DNA of 64,000 nt from Raillietiella orientalis (Eukaryota): positions 3,782,001 through 3,846,000 of the forward strand of contig JAYWIR010000005.1 in the NCBI GenBank assembly GCA_036172245.1, given 5' to 3'. The translations under genes were made by a program, and so were the position numbers. Positions 49,901 through 62,004 of this stretch are shown piece by piece. The first letter of the stretch is position 1, and each line of letters starts with the position of its first letter. The notes beneath the pieces were generated by a model. That model was not told where the DNA came from, searched no databases, and worked only from the letters and a program-made list of their open reading frames with translations.

Positions 49901-52170
49901 GGAATGTATATTTCCACTGATATCCAGAAATAGACAACAAGGTAATTTAGACACAACAGAAGGATCAGTACTGAAGTCCTTCGACATCAGTCTAAGAGAC
50001 AAAGAGTACCTATGTATTCATGTTTACAATCTAATAATTGACCTGCCATGCAATCCTACATCACATTCAGCTATTTTGGAACCTTGCTGTGAAAGCCACA
50101 GTTCTAATACACCACGGTGGGCAGCATAAATAACGAGAAAAGTAGTAAGGTTACCATAATTCTCAGGAGCTTCCAACCATCCCACCTGAGCATTTGGATA
50201 GTCTTAAAGAAAGAATTTGTCTTAACCTTAGAAGCTACTATTCAATAGTTTACTAACCCTTCCAAAGCTTTAAAACAATTCTTTTGACATTGTGTATTAA
50301 AAAAATTCTTCCAAGACTATCAGTGACTACACTCAGTTTCCTGCTGGGACTCAGCAAAATGCTTTTGCTGCTACAATGAGAATCACAAATGGAAAGTTGA
50401 GAGTTTAAAAAATATGTTGGCTCATTGCACAATATCTTTTGACCTTTTGTAAGATATTTCATCTTGAACCATCTGCTGAGAAAAAACCTGATCATTTCAA
50501 TTTACACACTTGGAGCTCACGTGTAACAAAAAACGAGAGCTGACGTCAAAAAGGATCCCTGATTTGTATTTGTGTGAAGAGAGGCTGAATGTAAATGAAA
50601 AACTTCCATCAACTTATGGGTAGTAACAGCAAGAATACTTGGACTGCTTGTTAGCTTGTTTATGTACTGATACTTGCTAGTATCACATGATTCCAATTTC
50701 ACAGGATAACTTGTAGCAACTTGTTCGAAATAGACACCATCTTCAATTGTAGAATTACTGTGTTGATATTTTTTGTAATTTGGAATTTTCATGGAAGCCA
50801 GATTGCACATATCAATGCCTTCTTAAATATGGTTACATGTTCCCAAGTTACTGATGTGACAAACCTGATTTTGCCTGTAGACCTTGATTCAATAAAACAT
50901 TGCATAAACTATTATTCTCAATTACAATGATACAAGAAGGATATATAACTGCCAATTCAGAAAACTGGTCACATGACCAAGATGATTTTTTAAATAATTT
51001 GATATTTTTCACTTCTTCATTATGAAAAACATATGAAAACAAAGTAATACCTTCCTAAAGATAAAAAGAAATATAATATCCAATATCAGTGAAATTACCT
51101 TCGATGTACAAAATACACAGCCATTTTTACATCCACTTATGATCAACACTTCCTTCTTGATTTCAACTTTCATAGGCAGGAAGAATGTACAGCATATAAC
51201 ACTTGTAATGGGATCACTAAAAACCACCAAGCCAAATAAAACTTTTGGTAAAATTTATTTATAATTATATGCATCATTAATACTGTGCACAGGAACCGAT
51301 AGCAGTATAAACTTTTTCAAATCTATCATGAAAATTTCATACAAACGAACTTAAACCATAGATCCTTTCATATGAAACCTCTATAATATTAAAAACCAAG
51401 AAAATAATGTTTGTTCATTGACCATTCACGGACTGAAGCTGAGACATCACAACAGTATGCACAAAATTGAAACGTACTTTCCTACATATGATGAAAAAAA
51501 CATTTACAATAATGACACAACACCTCTGTGACAGCTGCAAACACAATATTTCAAGCAATTCCTAGTCAGATTCCTGTTTTTATTATAATGCACCTCAAAC
51601 ATAATCATTTACTTCATTCTTGCATCTATGCATCATGTTATTTCCTTTTTATACTCACTTCATAAATACATTATAAAATACTTTGCTAATACTCTATGAT
51701 CAAATGTCAGTAACTACATGATTAAAAAAACTCTAATTCTTTAACCCTCGGTAAAAATATTCAAACACTCTTACGGGAATCTGATGCTTCCTTTAAGCTC
51801 ATAACTTAAAGTATCTTCACAATACAGGTTTTTCTCTGAAAATGAACTTCATCTTTGTATCGACCCATTTAAAAATGATTCTATATTGAATACTTACCTA
51901 ACAATATGGCTAATTTCTCTTGATACGCCAATACTAGTAATTTTCCATCATCAGAGTATGTCACCATATAAGATGAGGGATGATATTCTATGAAATACAA
52001 GGGGTTGTTTCAAACATACTGCATCCACAAACAAATACTTAATTTATTTGAACTGGACTATCGTACATGAGTCTTGAATATGAATTACCTTTCTGATAGA
52101 AACCATTTCCAAATAAGTTCCTTATGTCATTACTGGGGAAATAACGGAACAACTGAAGTCCAAAATCCAT
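46982..52170 (-). CDS. RAB3GAP2: Rab3 GTPase-activating protein non-catalytic subunit, ~19 exons
   Basis: MDFGLQLFRYF.., SDDGKLLVLAYQEKLAIL, LSPSRKLSVVTDSLGRIFL..VLKLWK.YPNAQVGW, FLVIYAAHRGVLELW..QQGSKIA, LRQHFPHS, LHVHHIYCLYSVGQDLLAEE. Exons join in frame through short GT-AG introns. Confidence 0.93.
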
Positions 52171-52689
52171 TTGCGAAAACAATTAAGCAATAAACACTTG
52201 CATTTACGCTGCAATAAATTCTACGTAAGTTGTACCTACTGACTCTAAAATTGGCTTCAGATACTTACCACCGTGTAATTAAAGAAATTGCAGCTGAAAC
52301 CGAGAGCACAAACCAAAATATCTGCGAAACAAACGCGAACCCACTGAATTTGCAATTGATAGTGACATTGGTTGTAATTTGGAGTTTATTCCTCACTTGG
52401 AGCTCTTATTTCCCCTCACACACTAGCTTCGCAAGATAGGATCTTCATCGTCTGAAAAGTTCCTATAGTTCTCAGAAAATTCTCAAACAAAACAACGCAG
52501 GGAAGCCGCATTTTTCAATTAAAAATGCAAATAATAGAAAAAAAAATAGACAACAGGATACTCTTCAAGGACACGATACCAATGTTCTGAGAATCTTTAT
52601 GAAATCTTTCTTAGTTCAAATAAATAGGCAAATAGTTCAAGTACTGAAACTATTGCGTTTATGATAACCAAGGGATCAAACTCCTATTT

Positions 52690-52733
52690 CATCTTATATG
52701 TCTAGAGCCTACAGGCTCTAGACATATCAGATG
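52690..52733. repeat. Near-perfect inverted repeat (14-bp perfect stem plus a 5-bp extension)
   Basis: CATCT-T-ATATGTCTAGAGCC-TACA-GGCTCTAGACATAT-C-AGATG, followed by the direct repeat TGGGAACTTTGTAG at 52732 and 52760. Confidence 0.9.
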
Positions 52734-52991
52734 GGAACTTTGTAGGTTTCGAACTTCATTGGGAACTTTGTAGTTTTTTCAGGATCTAAATGAGATATCC
52801 AGTCTTGTTCCTGATATCACCTGCTCACAAAATAAAGTCCTCATTAAGAAAGAAAAAACGAGATCTTCAGCCATTAGAGGATTCGATATAACAGTATTTA
52901 AGTTTTTTCTGAAAGAAATGAATATGTTGTCGAAGTCCCTTAAATTGGATAATGGAATTTCAAGACAAAATATGCTATAGAAAAATTATTT

Positions 52992-53765
52992 GATCCACGG
53001 TGGAGGTCATGTGGCTACGGTCTCCGCTCATGGTACCAAACGTTGAGGGTTTGAATACCTGTAAAGGATCGACGCTAGAAAGTTCGTGCAAGTTCATCCC
53101 TCAAGATGACGCTTTTCGTTATATATTCGGATGCAGCACTGGTGGAAGCTAGAAACCGGTTGAGTGGACGGGATCGAAAGTTGACTCTCCGGGGTTCCTT
53201 CAGGAATCAGGGAGTGACTCCCTTCGGGGTTCCCCTCCGGTTGTAAAAATGGAGCCATCACCCCTCTTGAGGGGACCCTCCATCGTGTATCATGGAGCTG
53301 GTTGGATATCCCTCTCGGGAGTTGCCTCTCCAGAGTGTCACAAGGTAGCTGCTCCCTTAGGGAAGTGCCCTTTAGAGAAAATTTGGAAGCGTCCCGTCGC
53401 TCCCCTTCAGTACTCAAAACCGCATAGAGTTCTCTTCTGAGGAGTAACAAGGAGTGGTTTTCTTGCGGGTTCCCAGCGGAGAAGAAATTTCAGGAGCGAG
53501 TCCTTTCCCGATTCCCTTCGGAGAACAAATAATGGAGCGGCTTCCTTCGGGGGTACTTCCAGAAAAATAAAGAGGTTTTCTTCGGAGACAGCCAGGATGG
53601 AGTGTTTTTCCTTCGAGGTTCCTTCCCAACGAACTCCTTCCTTATAGGAAGACGCTTCCAACGGAAACCTTCCTTCGGAGCTTTCCTGAATGCACAGGGT
53701 GGTCTCCCGGGGTGCTTCCTAACTTGAGGAGTTACTGCACGCCCCCTCCAGAGGCGTGCAACAGT
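52992..53765 (+). mobile_element. tRNA-headed SINE-like repeat, copy B (homologous to 1894-2680)
   Basis: Head GGAGGTCATGTGGCTACGG...GAGGGTTTGAATAC. Blocks CAAGATGACGC, CAGGAATCAGGGAGTG and GGGGTGCTTCCTAACTTGAGGAGTTAC align with copy A. Terminal hairpin TGCACGCC/GGCGTGCA at 53736-53760. Confidence 0.65.
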
Positions 53766-56700
53766 GTTAAGGAGCTTCGTAAGCCCCTAGGCGAATAGTT
53801 CTCAAGTACTTAGCGAACCAAATAAAAGGAACATCTTAAAAACGAAGCCGGAAGGAAAAAAACGAAACAGAAAATAAAATAAAAGGATTTTTATGATCCT
53901 ACACCAATAGTAACGATCTCCTAGTGATATCCCTATAGGTCTTTTTCTTTTTTTTCTTTTCAAAAACAAAGCTACTTAAATGGCACATATCAAAAGTTTT
54001 TGAGAAAGTGACAAACTGCATCATGTTCTTCAGACCTATGATACTCTTGTTTACAAAAAGATCTAAATGTACGTGTGCTAAAACAATCACCATTGATATT
54101 TCCGGATAATAGTTATTTTTCCTTAGTTTCTCTTCTACTATAGCGATATATTGGAGGATAGAAAAAAAGAAAACTACTATGCGGACGCTAAACCATTCGA
54201 TACTGAAGTGTAATACTTATATATTCGTCAAATTTCGAGAGGCCAATCTATAAATAAAGAATATTTAGACCCTTTAATGATGCAAAGAAGAAAATGACAA
54301 TTTGTACGTTCATGGAAAAGTTTCCAAAATCACACAGGACCATTCCTATTTGTAACTGGAAATCTAATTCATATTTCAACAGCTAAATCGATGTGACTAG
54401 ATTCGAAATATAATAGGAGATGCATGTAAATCATATCTATTAAAGGATCGCTTCCATAAATGAATTAACACATTGACTTGAAAGAAGTCAACTAAGAGAA
54501 CGAATTGTTGATATTAATTTGTAGATATAGAGAGGAAATAAAGCCTTGAAGAATAGAGAATCAAGAATAACCGAAATCTCGGCACAACTTCCCAACTGGA
54601 GTAATTTGACAACAAGATAATAGAAAAATAATTTGATGCAGTTTCTTGGATTCGTTTCATTTTTTATTATTGTTCGTACCACACATTTGATATTTACTCC
54701 TATTCAGCTACTTCAGAGGGTTCAGAATTTAATTAAATGGATCTTGATCAACAGGATGTATGATGTTTAGAGATAAATGCAAACATATGATAAAAGAATG
54801 AAAATAAAAAATGGTGTAATGAATAGTGTACAAGCATGTATTCCCCCAAAGATATGCTTACACACTATTGTTTACACCATGATAGATACAATAAGAACTC
54901 GAAATCACAAGCAATTAAGGCTGCAAGTTATCTAAAACAAGGATTTTAGAGATTGCAATTCAATTCCTTAACTCTTATTTTGTGAAACATTATTTTATTT
55001 ATTGGTTTGTAAGCTGAACAAATTATTGAGAACATTAAGGGTTAATTCTGCCCTTTTCTGATAGATAAGCATGATGACACTCTAATGAAAGCCGTGAAAT
55101 CCCTTCATACTACTTAAGGATTTTAAAACATTGGTACCAGTTGTTTGGCTGTTGTCCGTGTTATTGTTATGATTATCAAAATAAAAGTCAAAAAATCATC
55201 CTTCATCCAAATCTAATAACACAACTATAAGTGATTTTCAAGGAAGAAATTATCGCATCATCTATGAACCTACAGACATATAAAGTGTGTTCCTTGTTTT
55301 ATGGCTATGAAAATAATTATAACATGCCACTCATTTACAGACGCCGGAAAATACTGAGGTAAACATTAAATGTCTTATTTAATTTTCTAAATCCACGAAA
55401 TGGCACAGGAACTAATGTATAACACTGGTCATAAACATCATTCAATCATAAGCAGTAGTTCTATAAACAAAACAAAACTGCATTCGTTTTGCATGTAATC
55501 TAGTTTCAGTAATGATTCCTGAACTTTTATAGCAATGACACTCAACTAAGGAAAGCAACTAAACCTTAAAGTAATAATATTTACACATTTTTATTCCATT
55601 TCTGTTGAATGTTGAGCATCTTCTAACCATTTACATATAAAAACTCGATAGACATACAATCAAACTATTCGGGAGATGAAATTGTCATTGCCAACCCAGC
55701 ATGCACTGAGTATTTTCCTTTAACTCATCCTTATATGCGTATATTGAGCCAATCAGATAGTATGATTTAGCTATTTATCAGCATTATTTGCTCTTCTGGT
55801 CAAGCTTTACCCTTCTGAATATTGTGCTTCATATTCTAAGTGCTTTTTTTTTTTTTTAAAGATTAATAATCTAAAAGATGCTTAAAAAATATTCTAGATG
55901 ATTGCCAATATGATTAAAGCCTTCGGAATCATAGAGGAAAGACGCTAATCGTCCATATTTGTCAATCACATGGCATTTTATAATCAGCTGCTCTTATAAA
56001 AATCTGATCAAAACTATTCCTCACACCTGATCAGCTCCAGATTAAAAATAACAAAAATCAAAATAATAGAGGAACATTTCCAGTAAACATATATGAAATC
56101 TGTATCTAAATAAGGATTTGAAACCTCTAATGAGAAGTGCAGAAGAATCACTTTTCTTCCAGTCATTGAATACAATGCAAAACCTCGTGGTTTAGCACCC
56201 ATATACGTAAGTCTTCAAAAGTACATTACAGCTTTTGTTACTTGTCACCAAATAGCTAATTGAAAGGAGTCTATATTTGGCGAGCCCAAGTTTGGAAGCT
56301 AAACTTGATTGCATAGCCCCATTGTTCCACTGTTTCGAAGAATGGGATACACTTACCTATCTAAAGTGCAGACCATTTATACTTTTCACGCCATCCTTGT
56401 CCAGTTCCTAATTGAAAATATCTGAAGATTGCAAGATCATTCACATTAGAATTCTGATGACTACGAACCCAATGGACTTATGTCTGATCTATGCTCAAGC
56501 AAATATGAAAGGAGAGTTACGTTTAGTTTAAATGTTGCCGCTGTGTTACCAAAGATGAATTCGTAAAGCTAGCATAGAGTTTGGCATAATTAATTTCTCT
56601 ACTTCAACTTCGCAAAACCTATCAAAGAAGGGTTTTATTCCCAAATTTTTTTATTGAACCCATGGTTATTCAAAAGAGTCAACGGGAGAGTTTCTATTAT

Positions 56701-57139
56701 CTTTCCTCGCCCGACTGTTTTCTTCAACTCTTCTGCATGCCGTGACTGATTTTGAAAGTTTTTTCCGTTACGAGCGGTCATCCAATATGCATCTCAGTAA
56801 TACTGGAAATGTGGGCATACTATTTCCTTCCTGATGTTTCTGGGGAATTTCTTACTCTCAATACTTCATCATTCGCAAGATCCCAAGGTTCTACAGATCC
56901 AACGGCATTTGCCCCTAAGGTCGTGGGTGCCCCGTTGGAGGCGAAGGGGTGACTCAGTCTTCTACATTTGCCCCCATTCTTTTGCCTCACCTCTCCTAGT
57001 GATCTCAGAAGCAGGCGATATCCGATACGAGCCGTGGGGTACTCCGCTGGTAACCATTTCAATTGGCAATTGCTCTTAAGCCGTATGTGACTACCCATTA
57101 GTATTCAAGTAACTTTAGAAATCATCGTCTCATCAAGCT

Positions 57140-57370
57140 TTACACAGTGATGTTTTGAGTCCCACATGATGCGTCCATCATTTGATTCAAATACATATTC
57201 GTTGAAGATAGCTTCTGGAGACACTGCTCAACACACGGAGATCGTTTCCATCTCGCTATCATGAATGAGCATCCTGGAATCCAGTGGTGTTCAGAGAGTG
57301 CGCAAATATCAACTTGATGTAAAATATCTGCTGCAATGTTGGGCATTCTATTGTCTGTCAATAATCACGT
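57140..57370 (-). mobile_element. Possible LINE (RTE-like) endonuclease N-terminal remnant
   Basis: ILHQVDICALSEHHW resembles the APE motif L..DIAALSETRW. Nothing else is recognisable. Confidence 0.3.
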
Positions 57371-59304
57371 TTCTTCATTGCTGAGTGGTGGAACTTGTTA
57401 ATTGCCTCGTTTTCCGTATGGCACTCGATCACTTTTCTTTATGAAAATGTTAAAATTTGCAACTACTGCGTTCCTTCAGACTCTAGCAGACCGTTCTTGT
57501 TTGTCGCACACTCGATGAGTGACTCAAACGTGAGAAACATTAGAGACAAACTTTTGTTGAGAAAAATAATACATCCATGCATATCTGCCTATATGTGAAA
57601 ATTTCTCAATTACATTTATAGCTTAGGATCTGTATTCCTAGACCAGTTGGAATGGTTTTGTAAAGGCATGGAAACGCACGTGTGTGGAAATCTCAGAAGT
57701 ATTTGAGTATTTTAAACAAAATTTGGGAAACTGCTTTGCAAAAGTACGATAAAATTTACGATAAACTGCTCAAAAAAATTAGTTTGGTAATCACTTCTTT
57801 CAAGGACACACTGGAATATGGAATGAATCGAAACACTTGTAATGGTTCACGTAGACATCTACTGTAGTGTTCATGTAGTGCAACATAAGGAGCAAGCTAG
57901 ACCACAAAACTATTAAATGAACCAGTATGCACTTCTGAGCTTTTTAAGAACTGAATCTTTCTAAAATTCACCAATGAACAAAATTCACCAAGTGGATGTG
58001 GGCATGAGCTAATTTGCAGGATATGAAAAACTGTAACAAATATGGTTTGTCAACAACATACTGATTTTGATGGTGAGAACAGCACTCAGACTTCAAGAGA
58101 CCTTTGTGGATCACTTTCCTTTTGACCATATCAAAGGCATCATGCAGTTGTGATTCCCCAACAAAACCACCAAAAATGGCTGAATGTATGTGGATGTGCA
58201 AGTATTACAATAATTCTGTTGGAAAACAAGTGAAAAGAAAAGATCATACATTTGTGGGGACACTTATTCTCATTTTTAAGTGAGACAAACAAGAGACATC
58301 AATTTTTGCCAGCTCTTGTAGATTACTGTATGCACTTCACATCTAATTAAGATCATGTAAAAATTTCATTTCATCAGATATGAATATTGCATATTCATTC
58401 TTATAAACCCAATTCATTTTCTCTTCCTATTATTTCTACTTATAATCATACATAGCAAACACCTTCTGAGTAAGTCTGGAAACCAAAATTGTTACAAACT
58501 CAAGATACTGGTTGACTTTAATACACAAGTTACAGTCATACATTGCATGTCATATTGTTAACAGCTTCTTGTATTGAGGATAGTGACTAATCAGTGAATT
58601 TAAAACTTTCTAGCATTAGTAGACCATCATCATAGAGAATTTAACAGCCTTCAGCTCCCGATGAACAATTTCTTTGTGTTGCTAACTTTGCAGACAGTTG
58701 AGTGTGCTCTTGATCACCATCTGGGAGCAATTGAATCATGTCATTTGCTGGTGATCCTGGAGTTGCAGCTCTGATGTTCTGACACTTTATGATGAATGCT
58801 AAGAAAACTGAAATAGAAGAAACAAAATATTTACAAGGGACCAATGTAAAGCATTAGATACTAAGTGATCTCTGCATACCAATCACATCAGCACTCAATT
58901 AATAGCACTGTACCACAAGATGAAAAATATCAAAAAGATGCAATAATCATTAAAATTTCTTCATCATAGAGCAAAGCGAATGTCAGTTATTACTTTTGTT
59001 CAGAGTAAAAACCAAAAGTGGAAAAAGAAAGACAAATTGTAATACTTAGAAAAGCTAAAGGAATTAAACAGTGAAGTATCCTGGTAAAGATCATAATCAG
59101 ACCTTGTTCTTAATGATGTTTCAACCACAAACAATACCCATCTAAACATTTATTCCTATATATTGTGAAACCAAAAATGAATGGAAACTTAATAAGCAGT
59201 ACATATATAAAGAGCAAACTATCTGTTTTTAAACCTTAAAGTAGTGATGAGCTCACAACACTTGCAAAATTATCCTTATATCGAAAATTGTGGGTGTTTT
59301 TTTT

Positions 59305-59812
59305 TTAATTTTGTAATGCAAAAGTAATACCATTCATCAAATCACATAAACGGAAACACGTAGAAACATCTTCGCAAACTTTCAACTTATTTGAAGCCCA
59401 TATCAGTTTTTCCATCACTATCTGTTTGGCATGCTCACATGCATCCACGCCATCACTTTGGCGTGCTTCATTCATGTCAGTGCCTTTTTGCACAGCATTC
59501 AATACTTGATGATCTATAAAATGATTGCAGAAAACCACCAATAATAAACAATCAACCGACTTGTTTTTTTATCCCCATCAGATTTCATACAAGATACGCA
59601 GTATTCTTTCTTTTGGGCATCTTCAAGAAGTACACACTACACAATATATTACACTTTTATGAGGACACTTTTATGCTACTTACATAACAAACAGGACAGT
59701 ATGCATTCAACATCTTGTATCCTTTCAAAAGAAATGAAGCCATTAACTGTGATACTTCCTTACTAGTTTTAGTTTTATTGTTGGAATCACACAATTCATT
59801 GAATTCCATCAT
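59305..59812 (-). CDS. ZNRD2: ZNRD2 / SSSCA1 zinc-ribbon protein, 3 coding exons (the start may lie further upstream)
   Basis: VSQLMASFLLKGYKMLNAYCPVCY|CVLLEDAQKKEYCVSC (Auto_anti-p27 domain) and C-terminal IVMEKLIWASNKL...CFRLCDLM. GT-AG introns in frame. Confidence 0.9.
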
Positions 59813-60899
59813 TTCGACCACTTTGTTTTCGACCGCAACAGATTCACATTTGCCTAAAAGAACTCAATTCCTTCGTGTTTTTCAAATTGCTCTTTAATCA
59901 TTGTGCCAAATAATGTTTTGCTCTTCCATGCTACACAAAAAACAATATCTTAACATTTACCACCACATAAACGGCACATATAATTAATTAGCCAGATATG
60001 CCATTCCATGAGTTAGTCTCATATTTGAAAATGCTAATTCCGAGTTCACAATGACTTACCAGGCTTTCTTTAATTTAGAGGTTTCGAGGTATACACCCTA
60101 CTTTTAAATGTACAACTGATGCCTTTATACGTATTGTAATTTTTAATTTTCCTGTTAAACATCCACTGCATAACTAAATCAAGCGAATGAATGTTTTCAC
60201 ATTTTACAGATATAAAAATTATGATAAAAATATGGTTCGTTTCTTTGAATCAAAAACGAACAGGAAATTTTTCCGATTCAAAACATAAAAATAAACACCT
60301 GCAGGATGTTTTATCGCTAAAAATTCCTTGCAATCCCTCCACTGGGAAACATCGTGTGAGATGATGACTCATCTTCCCCCCGGGACATAGGCTTTATAAT
60401 AGAGCGGCAACGTACAACGTCTTTCGAAGACATGCTTTGCCGATGTGGAATCCATACAAGAAACAGCAGGCGACAAGTTGGCACACGAGAAAAGAAAACT
60501 TTAGCCAATATTTTATTGGAAAGGGTTTCTCTGGGCAAACAGAAAAGCTGTTCGACGGGATATTCGCTACTATTCCCTCAAATCTTTGCAAATCAAAGCA
60601 CCCAATGCAGTGGCACAAAGAAAAAGGACTGACCCCAAGAACATTCTTTAAACAATCTGAGGAGACTTAAGGAGATTGTTAGAGAGGAGCAGCAATTCTG
60701 GTGTCCCCTACTCCCTTGCTCGCCAAATGTGTATTTATGTATCCCTTCTAATCCACCATTGCTTTAAACAATTCCCGTAGCTGTCCTGGGAATCCACGAG
60801 TTCGCCAGACTGAACTTCGTTTGATGTTGCTATTTTTGTTTTGGATAGCAAAGAGTCTAATTCCTTGTTTTATTTGTATGTTTTATCTTTTTTATAAAT

Positions 60900-61960
60900 A
60901 AGCCCCCAGGCGTAACCGGTTGAAAAGCCTTTTGAAAGCAGTAGGACAGCACTTCACCGCAGAAGTCGCCTAACGGAAAGCCAAGGTACTTGAAGAACCT
61001 GCCTATGGAGACCCCCATTACGACTTCTCTTCCCATGGCACTCCAACAGGGAAGATCATGGACTTTGTGCTGTCGACACACATGCTCATTCTACGGCAAA
61101 GCAAAGCAGCTTGAAAAAGTCCTCGACGCTGAGATGGAATGGGCAGCAGGAGAAGCAGATCGTCCGAATAGGCTGCCAGGGCATGAGCTCGGCAGATCGG
61201 TAGGCGTCAGTCTGTTCGCCTTTAGTACCAGCTTAAAGTAAATGCTGAAAAGTATAGTGATCAAACTGTCGTCATACCTTATGTCCTGCTGCACCAGCAC
61301 GCCGTGCACGTGACAGCCGCTCAAAATAACGTTGGTTGCCGCGTTGAGGAATCAAGAGAACAAGTACACCAGCAAATGTGCCGGAAGTCCGAGATGTTCC
61401 AAGAGCTCCAGAAGCAGTTCCTGACTGACGCAGTGGAACCCTATGCAGATCGGCTGCGATCTCCGAGATTCCTTCGTTTCCTCCCACTGCCTACACATAC
61501 TACAGTTCCTCATATGTTCTCTATTATTCAGCAATTCTCCCTCCTCCAAATCACTGCAGCTCCCGTAATCATTGCTTATTCATCCCGCTCTTATCGTACA
61601 CTACTTTCTAGTTTGAAGCAGGAGCTTCAATTTTGCTTTGTGCAGAACCAGCAAGCTGCTACGTCGACATTAAACTCCTGTTCCAGGAAATCAGTGTTAT
61701 GTTAAGATTCGTTTCCCTTTGGGTCACAACCAATAATCCCAATTTGTTTTTTTCAAATTGGCGCACATCATCTTGCAAGAAGTGACGGAAAATCTGCTGT
61801 AGAGAGTATTCTTAGTCTTCAGCACGAGGACCACTGAAGTTTCGCAAACGAGTGCGCTACGAAGGTTTGTTGCGTTTGTCCCAGGAGTTTTCAGTGTGAA
61901 GTAGGTGAATTGGCTGTGTGCCCTGATGTCTCGAAACCTGCACAAGAGATTTCTTAATAT
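60900..61960 (-). mobile_element. Decayed L1/Tx1-type RT fragment
   Basis: Ordered motifs: QPIHLLHTEN (RPISLLNTD), GFHCVSQELLLELLEHLGLP (AFD.V..L..LG.P), QQDIRYDDSLITILF (RGIRQGD.LSP.LF), AAYSDDLLLL (YADD), FKYLGFPL. Confidence 0.7.
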
Positions 61961-62004
61961 TTGGATAAGTGGGAGTAGGGCAATGTGACTGTAGCGACAT
62001 AGTC

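Noticed and set aside
51566..51640. ATGATG...CTGA pair in a RAB3GAP2 intron
   Set aside because: No terminal stem and no recognisable rRNA complementarity.
51741..55045. TTAACCCT ... AGGGTTAA piggyBac-like termini
   Set aside because: Only about 8 bp match, and the interval would include the first RAB3GAP2 exons.
58641..58844. 67-aa minus-strand ORF and a plus-strand acceptor (CTAAC..TTTGCAG) downstream of ZNRD2
   Set aside because: It could not be linked to a start exon or any known protein.
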